Below, in pieces: positions 49,591-58,135 of a stretch of 64,000 nt of DNA; position 1 is the first letter of the stretch; each line of letters starts with the position of its first letter. A program made the position numbers and the translations under genes. Where the stretch lies: IMG/VR virus record IMGVR_UViG_3300010354_000075, positions 3,306 through 67,305 of that record. One strand, given 5' to 3'. The notes under the pieces are model-generated. The model searched no databases. It saw nothing but the letters and a program-made list of their open reading frames with translations, and was not told the origin of the DNA. This DNA comes from a virus.

Positions 49591-52109
49591 TACGCTGTAA
49601 ATCCTCCAGAATTAATTACGCCTGGTAATCCAGTATTAGGCGGAGAAGTATTAACATTATTGTTTTGAACACTTCCACCAGTAATAGCACTAATTATGCT
49701 GCTATTAGTTTTCTGTACAAAATCTGTACCTTCATTTTTTTGTCCTATTAAGGAGCCAGCTGGTTTTTCTTTAAGTTTTACATCTTGTCCAGGCAATCTT
49801 ACAAGATGTAAAGTTTGAGTAAATTTATTTCTAACTATCGAACTATCAACACTAAGCACTCTAAATAAACCGCTAAATTGTGCTACTGGTTCTGTGTCTC
49901 TAAAATCCCATGAACCTTTTTCTAAATCAATATCTATTGGTGTTCTAAAATTAACTTCTACAACTACTTCACCATTTTGATAGTTAATAGAACCATCGCT
50001 AGTAATATTATCGTATCCATTTACTTCTTTAGCACTATAATTTCCCATGCCACTATCAGCAATATAATACGGATCGCCTAATATCTCTAAATCTAAATTA
50101 ATCATGTCAGCTTGAGCTGTGATAACATCATGAAACTGTCTAGCTACTACTGTGGCCTTATCGTCAAACGCAGAAGCTCCGCCTTTGTTAGCTGTTTTAG
50201 ATTTTATAACATCATTCCTAACTTGTGTAGGATTTTCAGGTTGAGCATTGCTGCCGCCTGCTAACCCTTTTTGAAAGGTAGCAGCAGCATTTTGTAAACC
50301 ACCAGACGGAGTAGATCCAACAGTTTGGTCTCTGGCTTCTGTATCAGTGGATTGTCCTGTTTGATCTTTTAAACGATCGCCTTCGGTGCTAGTACCAGAA
50401 AACAAAGCTGTGTAAAATCCTGCTTTGAAATCAATATTAAAATTTAAAATTTCTGTGTTTTGTCCTGTATAGATATAGTTGTATTCTTTTACTGCCTGTT
50501 TTTTTAATTGATCATAACCTTTGGCTTTAGAATCTGGCGGCATAAATCTTGAACTATTAACTTGATAAGGAACTACTCTGAACACTATACACTTAGGTTT
50601 AGTTCCTGTTTTTCCATCTTCTTGCGGAATATTATAAGCCTGTGTTTCTATCCTAAACCAAACTATATTACCTGTAGGTGTTAATTGCGCTTCGTTTAAA
50701 GCATTTCTGCCGTAGTCACTGTTTAAAATAACATTAGTAATCACATCGGTAATAAGAGCACCTTGCTGAAAATGGAACTTAGAATTATTCAAATCTATAG
50801 TAACAGATCCTATTTTTACTATTCCCTTCTCTTTATCATAACTATCAGCATCTTTAGCAAATGGTGTTTCTCCCTTAATTTTTTCGCTAAAACCTAACAA
50901 TGATTGTCCTATAATGTTTACAGCAGATTTGTCAATTCCTTGAACTTTAGTAGAATTAGCACCTTGACTAACACCTAATTTTCCGTAAAAAGCAGCAGCA
51001 CTTCCAACATTAGGAGTAGCAGTCGCTGTCTTTTCCGAAAGTTCATTACTAGTCACAGTTTTGTTTGATCCAGGATCTGACGCTGTATCCTTAGGAAATA
51101 AAATCAAAATTTCATCTGGTACTTCAACTTTTCCTGCTTTTTTTGCTTCTTGTAAACGCTTGTTTAATACTGCTTGTAAACTATTTGCTCCAGTCTGTAA
51201 TAAATTTTGAATAGTATAAGGGCCACCTTTATCACATTCTATACCTACATCGCTCTTAATTTCGTTAAAAGTTTTTGACATACCTTGTTCATTCCAAGGA
51301 TATGCTTCTACATTATATTCACACCCTTTGCCTGTAACAGTCATGCCTAGTTCTCTTATTTTAAGAGGTATTTGTCTTACTACCACAGGATTTTCTTTAT
51401 CTATATCTGTCCAACCTCTCCATTCTATGGTTAACAACAATGGTACTTGTGTATAATTTTCATGTCCGGCTTCTAAAGCACCTACTTGTAAAGATTGAAA
51501 AAATAAACCCATGCTATAAGGTTCTGTTACAGTGAAAGTTATATTAGAAGCATTAGTGACACCTGTAGCTTCATTTAATCCCATAATAGTTGTTAACTTA
51601 AAATTATCAAGGAAAAAATTATAAGATCCAAATGCTGTCTTAATTAATCCTTCAGGAGAAATATTATTTGCTGATTTTAAAATAATAGGACCAAGCTGTC
51701 CTTTTTTGTATGTTAAATCTGGAAAATTAATTGCTTCGTCACTTAACACACTTAAAGTAAAAAGCGCATTAACTGATACGTATTGACTTAACTGATTTGG
51801 TAGAGGAGGTTTAAAATTAGGAGGAGGAGCAACTTTAGTCTGCCCTTGATCCACTTGTGCTGCTACAGCAATATCTTGTTGACTTTGTGCTACACTATTA
51901 AAAGTCGCTGAACTAAAATCTAATCCCGGAATACTAAAAGAAGAAAGATCTGGTAACAGTCCTCCGCCTACAACTGCTTTTTTTAATTCATCTAACGCAG
52001 GGCCTACAGCAGAACCTCCGTTTTTTTGTACTATACCTGTAACTGTTTTTGATATTTTTTCTGAAGCAGATGTAGCTCCAGCTTTAAATTCTTTAGCAAA
52101 ATCTACCAT
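49590..52109 (-). CDS. Probable baseplate hub protein (gp27-like by position)
   Basis: Between gp53 and the spike; C-terminal LEILGDPY..FSGLFRVLSV..FTQTLHLVR hub-like ending. Confidence 0.55.
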   Translation of the reverse strand: MVDFAKEFKAGATSASEKISKTVTGIVQKNGGSAVGPALDELKKAVVGGGLLPDLSSFSIPGLDFSSATFNSVAQSQQDIAVAAQVDQGQTKVAPPPNFKPPLPNQLSQYVSVNALFTLSVLSDEAINFPDLTYKKGQLGPIILKSANNISPEGLIKTAFGSYNFFLDNFKLTTIMGLNEATGVTNASNITFTVTEPYSMGLFFQSLQVGALEAGHENYTQVPLLLTIEWRGWTDIDKENPVVVRQIPLKIRELGMTVTGKGCEYNVEAYPWNEQGMSKTFNEIKSDVGIECDKGGPYTIQNLLQTGANSLQAVLNKRLQEAKKAGKVEVPDEILILFPKDTASDPGSNKTVTSNELSEKTATATPNVGSAAAFYGKLGVSQGANSTKVQGIDKSAVNIIGQSLLGFSEKIKGETPFAKDADSYDKEKGIVKIGSVTIDLNNSKFHFQQGALITDVITNVILNSDYGRNALNEAQLTPTGNIVWFRIETQAYNIPQEDGKTGTKPKCIVFRVVPYQVNSSRFMPPDSKAKGYDQLKKQAVKEYNYIYTGQNTEILNFNIDFKAGFYTALFSGTSTEGDRLKDQTGQSTDTEARDQTVGSTPSGGLQNAAATFQKGLAGGSNAQPENPTQVRNDVIKSKTANKGGASAFDDKATVVARQFHDVITAQADMINLDLEILGDPYYIADSGMGNYSAKEVNGYDNITSDGSINYQNGEVVVEVNFRTPIDIDLEKGSWDFRDTEPVAQFSGLFRVLSVDSSIVRNKFTQTLHLVRLPGQDVKLKEKPAGSLIGQKNEGTDFVQKTNSSIISAITGGSVQNNNVNTSPPNTGLPGVINSGGFTA

Positions 52110-52110
52110 A

Positions 52111-52410
52111 TTATAATCCTAGTATCTGTTTTAGACTGTTGCCTTTAGGTATGTATATTTTTGTTCCCGCAACGAAGTCATAGATAGGATCTTGTATAGT
52201 ATCTAAATTTCTTTGTGTAAAGACCCACCATAGCTTAGGATCTCCATACAGGTCAAATGCTAACAAATCGGGTCTGTATGTATATTGAGGTTCGATAGTA
52301 TAAAGAAAATCGTCAGCTTCAGAACTAACTGGTCTAATTCTTAATACAGTTAGATAATTATTTTCAATTGGTGTGTCTTTCCAAGGACTCGAAGGTTTAT
52401 AGGCCGCCAT
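52111..52410 (-). CDS. gp53: Baseplate wedge gp53/LysM-like protein
   Basis: YRPDLLAFDLYGDPKLWWVF..N..DPI..F..G.KIYIP. Confidence 0.85.
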   Translation of the reverse strand: MAAYKPSSPWKDTPIENNYLTVLRIRPVSSEADDFLYTIEPQYTYRPDLLAFDLYGDPKLWWVFTQRNLDTIQDPIYDFVAGTKIYIPKGNSLKQILGL

Positions 52411-53447
52411 TATTGATATCCTATCTTATTATCTACATAAGCACCTTGAACAAACGCTTGTAAACTAAACTGTCGTATTGCCTGTCTACTATAAATTGGT
52501 TGTAATGTAATTGTAAAACTACTTTTAACAGGCACATGACTGTCTCCCTTCATAGCCTGAGTTTGAGAAGATTGTGCTGGAGATCCTGCTTTATTTTTAC
52601 TATCTAATCCGCTAATAAATGCTCCGGCATTTTGTAATCCGCCCGCTTGTAAAGCTGCTCCTGCTAGACTTAAAAATCCGCCTGACTGTGCCACTGGAGC
52701 TGCTGCTGTTGGGCCTGCTGGACGTCCTACATCTTTTCTCATACTTGTCGAAATATAATTTGTATCGGCACCTAGATCGACTGTAAAACTATTAACTACT
52801 ACAGGAATATTTTTAAAAACAAAATCTCCGTATCCATTTAAATATACTATCACAGGAGGATTGCCTTGTTCTGCTCCGGTATCAAATCCTGTAAACATTT
52901 TGGTAACGGATCTAAAATAATGTACAGCAGCCAACCAGTATTGTGCTTGAACAGCATCTTCTACAAAAAAAGGAGCTGTGATTTGAATTCTGTCAACTTT
53001 ACTATTTTGATAAGTAATAAATTGAAAATTTTGATGAACGATACTTTGCTCATCGTACGCGGCACTACTTGATATACTGATTGCGGGAGTGTAAGGAAAA
53101 ATCATTCCTCCGGCATTGATTAGTGGTTGTAAAACATAACTGTTTTTAAACACTCCGACATTGGGCAAACTTAATCGTACACGCCAGTCCTTGTCTACTT
53201 CAGTGCCGCCCCAAGTGGCTCCGGTGTTACCTAATGGATTAGATGTATTACCGCCAACTGGTAGATTTAAACTTCTTAAACTTGATAGCAATTTACCAGG
53301 ATCAGACAGGTTATTCAGTGCCCCAGATAGTTTACCTGCTGTACCTAACGCGGAACCTAAATTGTTTGGATTAGATCCTATTCCTCCAGTAAGATTTTTA
53401 ACCACTGTAGATGCGGTAGATGAAAATGTATCAAATAAATTAGGCAT
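52410..53447 (-). CDS. Tail tube initiator/baseplate protein (gp48/gp54-like)
   Basis: FPYTP.I..Y..H.N..PPVIVYLNGYG..F..IPVVVNSF pattern typical of tube-fold proteins; position. Confidence 0.55.
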   Translation of the reverse strand: MPNLFDTFSSTASTVVKNLTGGIGSNPNNLGSALGTAGKLSGALNNLSDPGKLLSSLRSLNLPVGGNTSNPLGNTGATWGGTEVDKDWRVRLSLPNVGVFKNSYVLQPLINAGGMIFPYTPAISISSSAAYDEQSIVHQNFQFITYQNSKVDRIQITAPFFVEDAVQAQYWLAAVHYFRSVTKMFTGFDTGAEQGNPPVIVYLNGYGDFVFKNIPVVVNSFTVDLGADTNYISTSMRKDVGRPAGPTAAAPVAQSGGFLSLAGAALQAGGLQNAGAFISGLDSKNKAGSPAQSSQTQAMKGDSHVPVKSSFTITLQPIYSRQAIRQFSLQAFVQGAYVDNKIGYQ

Positions 53448-53466
53448 TTTGGTTTCCTTTATTCAT

Positions 53467-53497
53467 TATTTAGTTGACAAAATAAAGTGCGTAGTTT
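53467..53497 (-). promoter_or_regulatory. Bipartite late promoter AAACTACGCAC-N14-TAAATA for the baseplate operon
   Basis: TATTTA 53467-53472 and GTGCGTAGTTT 53487-53497. Confidence 0.7.
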
Positions 53498-53502
53498 ACA
53501 AT
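53474..53502 (+). promoter_or_regulatory. Sigma70-type promoter of the gp55-gp47-gp46 operon
   Basis: TTGACA (53474-53479), 17-nt spacer, TACAAT (53497-53502); GAGGTG Shine-Dalgarno before ATG 53520. Confidence 0.85.
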
Positions 53503-53519
53503 TTAACAACGAGGTGCAA

Positions 53520-54341
53520 ATGAAAGTTAATTACTTAAACAACAAAGACTTACTAGAAGAAATACACAAATCAAAAAACACTTATTGCTCATTTACCAAA
53601 CCAGAATATCATCGCTATGATGTTATTTTGCCTAATATTGACAAAATTAATATAAGAACTATAGCCGATGCTAAACGTGCTCATGCCAAACGACTCAGTG
53701 TACAAGCTTATGAAGCACGTAAGCAAGCTGGAGAAAAAGTCAAATTAGCTGAATGCGAAGTGGACTATAAAAAGATTCCTAAATCGGATTTAATTTTCCG
53801 AATAATGACTTTTGATCATATACCATTAAACACTACACGAAAAAAGAATCCAAAAACTACAGCAGATGGACGCGACAAAGTTAACTTTCCTCCATTCCAA
53901 CATTATAAATTTAATGAAGATGATGTATTAGTTTGTGTAGGCAAAAGTCATTGGCGAGGGTCTGTAGACAAAGGAAAATTTAGTAAAGATCACGGTCAAA
54001 TTACTAACACTCTAGCTAAAATGTATATTAAACTTTGTGAAAGATATGCTACTAGAGGTAATGTTAGAGGTTATACCTATAACGACGAAATGCGTGGACA
54101 GGCTATTTTACAATTAACACAAATTGGATTACAATTCGATGAATCAAAATCAGACAATCCTTTTGCGTACTTTACTGCTGCTGTAACTAATAGTTTTGTA
54201 CGCATTATCAATATTGAAAAACGCAATCAAGTAATAAGAGACGACTTGCTAGAAATGAATGGCATGAATCCAAGTTATAGTAGAACTGGGCAAGGAGAAT
54301 ATGTGGCGGCACTTAGACGAAACGAAGGGTATGACGAATGA
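53520..54341 (+). CDS. gp55: Late-transcription sigma factor gp55-like (273 aa)
   Basis: NYLNNKDLL; NVRGYTYNDEM..A....FDESKSDNPFAYFT....NSF.RII..EK. Confidence 0.88.
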   Translation: MKVNYLNNKDLLEEIHKSKNTYCSFTKPEYHRYDVILPNIDKINIRTIADAKRAHAKRLSVQAYEARKQAGEKVKLAECEVDYKKIPKSDLIFRIMTFDHIPLNTTRKKNPKTTADGRDKVNFPPFQHYKFNEDDVLVCVGKSHWRGSVDKGKFSKDHGQITNTLAKMYIKLCERYATRGNVRGYTYNDEMRGQAILQLTQIGLQFDESKSDNPFAYFTAAVTNSFVRIINIEKRNQVIRDDLLEMNGMNPSYSRTGQGEYVAALRRNEGYDE

Positions 54342-54496
54342 TAACATATGTAACAGTGAAGGTAGGCGAAGGACACTATTTGAAACTTGTATTCACTAGA
54401 ATGACTGAAGATGACAACTGGATTTGTCAAATGGAGAATACCCTAATGTCAGAAGTACAGCAAATTATAGGAAAGGACATTTATGGGCCTTTTTAA
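54338..54496 (+). CDS. Small hypothetical protein (52 aa), missing from the ORF track
   Basis: ATGA overlap with the gp55 stop; MITYVTVKVGEGHYLKLVFTRMTEDDNWICQMENTLMSEVQQIIGKDIYGPF; overlaps the gp47 start. Confidence 0.6.
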   Translation: MITYVTVKVGEGHYLKLVFTRMTEDDNWICQMENTLMSEVQQIIGKDIYGPF

Positions 54497-55493
54497 AAAA
54501 GTAGCCTGCTTAACTGACATTCACTTCGGTTTAAAATCTAATAGTCAAACACACAATCAAGACTGTGAAGACTTTGTTGACTGGTATATTGCTAAGGCAA
54601 AGGAGGAAGGATGTGATACTGGAATTTTTCTCGGTGATTGGCATCATAATCGTAATAGTCTTAATATTACTACTATGGATTTCTCTCTCAGAGCTTTGGA
54701 GAAACTTGGTAGTAGCTTTGATCAGTTTTTCTTTTTTCCTGGCAATCATGATCTATATTATAAAGATAAACGAGATATACACTCAGTGGAGTTTGGAAAA
54801 TATATTCCAGGAGTCACAGTCGTACATCATCCCACGACCATAGACGACGTAACATTATGTCCTTGGTTAATTGGAGATGAATGGAAAGCTATTTCAAAAC
54901 AAAAAGGTCAATATATATTTGGGCATTTTGAACTGCCTAGCTTTTATATGAATGCTATGGTTCAAATGCCTGATCATGGAGAGATACAACTTAATCATTT
55001 TGCCAATTACGAGCTAGGATTCAGCGGTCACTTTCACAAAAGACAACAACGCGGTAATATGGTATACATTGGTAATTGTTTCCCGCACAACTATTCAGAC
55101 AATTGGGATAACGATCGAGGAATGATGATTTTAGAATGGGGTAAAAAACCAGAATATCACACTTGGCCCGGACAACCTACTTACAGAACTACTAAACTTA
55201 GCGAGTTGATTGATCGCGCTAATGATATTATACTACCTAAAACACATCTTCGTGTGAGCTTAGATATAGATATTAGCTACGAAGAAGCAAATTTTATTAA
55301 AGAAAAATTTATGGGCGATTATCCTATTAGAGAACTAACACTTGTTCCAGAAAAAAAGGAAGTAGAGATAATCAGCAATATTGAAATACAAGAATTTGAA
55401 AGTGTAGACCAAATTGTAACGAATCAGCTGGTCAATATAGATAGCGATACCTACGATAAAAAAGTTCTACTGTCAATTTATAACAATTTATGA
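54483..55493 (+). CDS. gp47: Recombination endonuclease subunit gp47 (Mre11/SbcD)
   Basis: TDIHFG, GDWHH, GNHD, GHFE, SGHFH phosphoesterase motifs. Confidence 0.93.
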   Translation: MGLFKKVACLTDIHFGLKSNSQTHNQDCEDFVDWYIAKAKEEGCDTGIFLGDWHHNRNSLNITTMDFSLRALEKLGSSFDQFFFFPGNHDLYYKDKRDIHSVEFGKYIPGVTVVHHPTTIDDVTLCPWLIGDEWKAISKQKGQYIFGHFELPSFYMNAMVQMPDHGEIQLNHFANYELGFSGHFHKRQQRGNMVYIGNCFPHNYSDNWDNDRGMMILEWGKKPEYHTWPGQPTYRTTKLSELIDRANDIILPKTHLRVSLDIDISYEEANFIKEKFMGDYPIRELTLVPEKKEVEIISNIEIQEFESVDQIVTNQLVNIDSDTYDKKVLLSIYNNL

Positions 55494-57268
55494 TAAGATT
55501 AAAAACACTAACAGTTAAAAATTTTATGAGTGTGGGTAACCAGACTCAAGCTGTAGATTTTACTAGAGAACATTTAACACTTGTACTAGGCGAAAACTTA
55601 GATATGGGTGGCGACGACAATGGCAGTCGCAACGGTACTGGTAAAACTACTATTGTAAATGCCCTTAGTTATGGATTATTTGGACAAGCTCTGACAAATA
55701 TTAAAAAAGATAATCTAATCAACAAAATTAATAATAAAAATATGTTGGTTACATTAGCGTTTGAAAAAGATGGGCAGGATTATCGTATCGAACGAGGTCG
55801 TAAACCCAACATATTAAAGTTCTATGTTAATGATATAGAGCAGGAAAACAACGAAACCGATGATAGTCAAGGCGATGTTAGAGAAACACAAAAGGATCTA
55901 GCAGATATACTTGGTATGAGTCACGATATGTTCAAACACATAGTGGCTCTTAACACGTATACTGAGCCATTTCTCAGTATGCGAGCGAATGAGCAACGTG
56001 AGATTATTGAACAACTGCTAGGTATAACTTTATTAAGTGAAAAAGCCGAGACTCTTAAAGAACTGATACGCATATCTAAGGATCAGATCCAACAAGAATC
56101 TGCTAATATCGAAGCAGCAAAGAAGTCTAACGAGAAAATACAACAAAGTATCGATGGTTTAGAAATTAAAAAAAGTGCTTGGTATAATCAACAAGAACAA
56201 GATTGTCTCAAACTAGCCGAAAAGATCATAGAACTACAAAGTGTTGATATAGAAAAAGAACTAGAGCAACATGCTAAACTAAAAACCTATGACGAACTAA
56301 GCGCAAAGATTAAAGCTCTACACAAACAAAAGGCTACACTTGAAACCAGTGTAATGCAGGCCGACAAAACAGTAAACAAATATAAAAAAGAATTAGAAAA
56401 GCTAGCAGATAACAAATGTCCTGCTTGTGAACAAGGCTTACATACAGATAAACATGAAGAAATGATTACTGTGGCTAAGAAAAATCTAGATGATTCCTAT
56501 ATATTTTTACAAGGAGTCAGCGATAGCTATGCTACTGTGATACAAGAACTAGAAGACATCGGTGATATTAATGGCAGACCTACTACTTTCTACGATAGTC
56601 TGGAAGAAGCATTAAGACATCAAAACAATTTAGCTAGTCTAGAAGACGCCTTAGGTAAACGACAACAAGAAATAGATCCTTACACTGAGCAAATTGAAGA
56701 ACTTAAAAATACAGCACTTCAAGAAATTAGTTGGGACACTGTAAATGAATTATCTGCTGTTAAGGATCATCAGGAATTCTTATTAAAACTATTAACAAAT
56801 AAAGATAGCTTTATTAGAAAGAAAATTATTGATCAAAATTTAAGCTATTTAAATAGCAGACTAACTTACTATCTCGATAAAATGGGCTTGCCACATCAAG
56901 TTACATTCTTAAACGACTTAAATGTAGAAATTACACAGCTGGGTCAAGACTTAGATTTTGATAATTTAAGTCGAGGCGAGCGTAATCGATTAATACTTGG
57001 GTTAAGTTGGAGTTTTAGAGATGTATGGGAAAGCTTGTACCAAAATATCAATCTATTATTTGTAGATGAGCTTATAGATAACGGGTTAGATGCTAGCGGT
57101 GTGGAGAATGCTCTTAGTGTTTTAAAGAAAATGGCACGAGAACGTAGTAAAAATATCTATTTGATTAGCCATAAAGATGAACTTATCGGTCGTGTAAACA
57201 ACGTCCTTAAGGTAATTAAGGAAAATGGGTTCACTAGTTATAGTACAGACTTAGATATCACTGATTAA
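55490..57268 (+). CDS. gp46: Recombination ATPase subunit gp46 (Rad50/SbcC)
   Basis: KNFMS, Walker A NGTGKT, CPAC zinc hook, LSRGE signature, LFVDE Walker B, ISH. Confidence 0.95.
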   Translation: MIRLKTLTVKNFMSVGNQTQAVDFTREHLTLVLGENLDMGGDDNGSRNGTGKTTIVNALSYGLFGQALTNIKKDNLINKINNKNMLVTLAFEKDGQDYRIERGRKPNILKFYVNDIEQENNETDDSQGDVRETQKDLADILGMSHDMFKHIVALNTYTEPFLSMRANEQREIIEQLLGITLLSEKAETLKELIRISKDQIQQESANIEAAKKSNEKIQQSIDGLEIKKSAWYNQQEQDCLKLAEKIIELQSVDIEKELEQHAKLKTYDELSAKIKALHKQKATLETSVMQADKTVNKYKKELEKLADNKCPACEQGLHTDKHEEMITVAKKNLDDSYIFLQGVSDSYATVIQELEDIGDINGRPTTFYDSLEEALRHQNNLASLEDALGKRQQEIDPYTEQIEELKNTALQEISWDTVNELSAVKDHQEFLLKLLTNKDSFIRKKIIDQNLSYLNSRLTYYLDKMGLPHQVTFLNDLNVEITQLGQDLDFDNLSRGERNRLILGLSWSFRDVWESLYQNINLLFVDELIDNGLDASGVENALSVLKKMARERSKNIYLISHKDELIGRVNNVLKVIKENGFTSYSTDLDITD

Positions 57269-57558
57269 TGGACACGCACGAACAACTAGTACACTTGTTT
57301 AGACAATATTTTGAAGCTAATCAAGAATGGGAAAGAAAACAAACACACACATCTGGTATAAAATGTAGAAACCTATTGGCAGAAATGCGAATATTGGCAC
57401 GTAAACGTAGGGCAGAAATAATGAAAGTAAGGCACGAAAAACCTAGTCAATCAAGTCCAGGCTACTTTGAATCAAATCGACGTAAGGCAGAATTAAAAAA
57501 GACTAAACAAGTTGATGTCGTGGTACCACCAGAATCAACTGATAACAGAACTTCCTGA
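57268..57558 (+). CDS. Small basic helical protein, Hc1 (histone H1-like) family-like
   Basis: HEQLVHLF..Y..E..SGIKCRNLLAEM..LARKRRAEI resembles the Hc1 pattern AGxRARKALxExxKLxKxxR. Confidence 0.5.
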   Translation: MDTHEQLVHLFRQYFEANQEWERKQTHTSGIKCRNLLAEMRILARKRRAEIMKVRHEKPSQSSPGYFESNRRKAELKKTKQVDVVVPPESTDNRTS

Positions 57559-57943
57559 AGATTGTATTGGATTTGTATATTGTATAACCAATATTACGAC
57601 CGGACGAATGTATATAGGCAAAAAACTGGCAAAATTTAGTAAAACCACATATAAAGTAGTAAAATTAAAAAACGGCACAAAGAAAAAGAAACGAATTAAG
57701 TCAAAAATAGACTCAGACTGGCAAACATACTACGGCTCCAACGACGAACTCAACAGAGATGTAACACAATTAGGCACAGACAAATTTCACAGAGAGATAC
57801 TTTATTACTGCAAAAGTAAGGCAGAGTGTAGTTACATCGAGGCAAAAGAACAATTCACAAGACGAGTACTGGAATCTAATGAATACTACAATGGTCAGAT
57901 CAGTGTTCGTGTCCATGGCTCACACATCAAAGGCAAATTATGA
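57515..57943 (+). CDS. Compact GIY-YIG endonuclease
   Basis: GFVYCITNITTGRMYIGKK, YYGS, F.REIL, catalytic-type E (YIEAKEQ), YYN; Lys-rich insertion; no C-terminal DNA-binding domain. Confidence 0.85.
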   Translation: MSWYHQNQLITELPEDCIGFVYCITNITTGRMYIGKKLAKFSKTTYKVVKLKNGTKKKKRIKSKIDSDWQTYYGSNDELNRDVTQLGTDKFHREILYYCKSKAECSYIEAKEQFTRRVLESNEYYNGQISVRVHGSHIKGKL

Positions 57944-58125
57944 AAATCACAGCTACAAATAAAAACGAATACGCATTAACTAAAATGCCCTGGGGCAAAT
58001 ATAAAGGCAGATTTATGAAGGAAATACCAGATGATTATATCATCTGGGCAGTAAAAAACTGGAAAGACGAAGCTACAGCACACATGTTTGTAGTGGAAAT
58101 GGCCAGAAGAAACATACAAATTTAA
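57940..58125 (+). CDS. DUF3820/ExoX C-terminal-like small protein
   Basis: MPWGKYKG....EIPDDYIIW matches the MPFGKYKG....xPxxYLxW signature. Confidence 0.75.
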   Translation: MKITATNKNEYALTKMPWGKYKGRFMKEIPDDYIIWAVKNWKDEATAHMFVVEMARRNIQI

Positions 58126-58135
58126 CAGTAATAGC

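Noticed and set aside
3270-53523. Numerous short plus-strand ORFs opposite the minus-strand genes, plus minus-strand ORFs at 54531, 58572, 59448, 61086, 61524 and 62263
   Set aside because: Antisense shadows of long, motif-bearing genes, with no recognisable motifs
11129-54843. Short same-strand alternative-frame ORFs (11129, 17076, 41862, 54565)
   Set aside because: Nested in or largely overlapping well-supported genes, with no supporting signals
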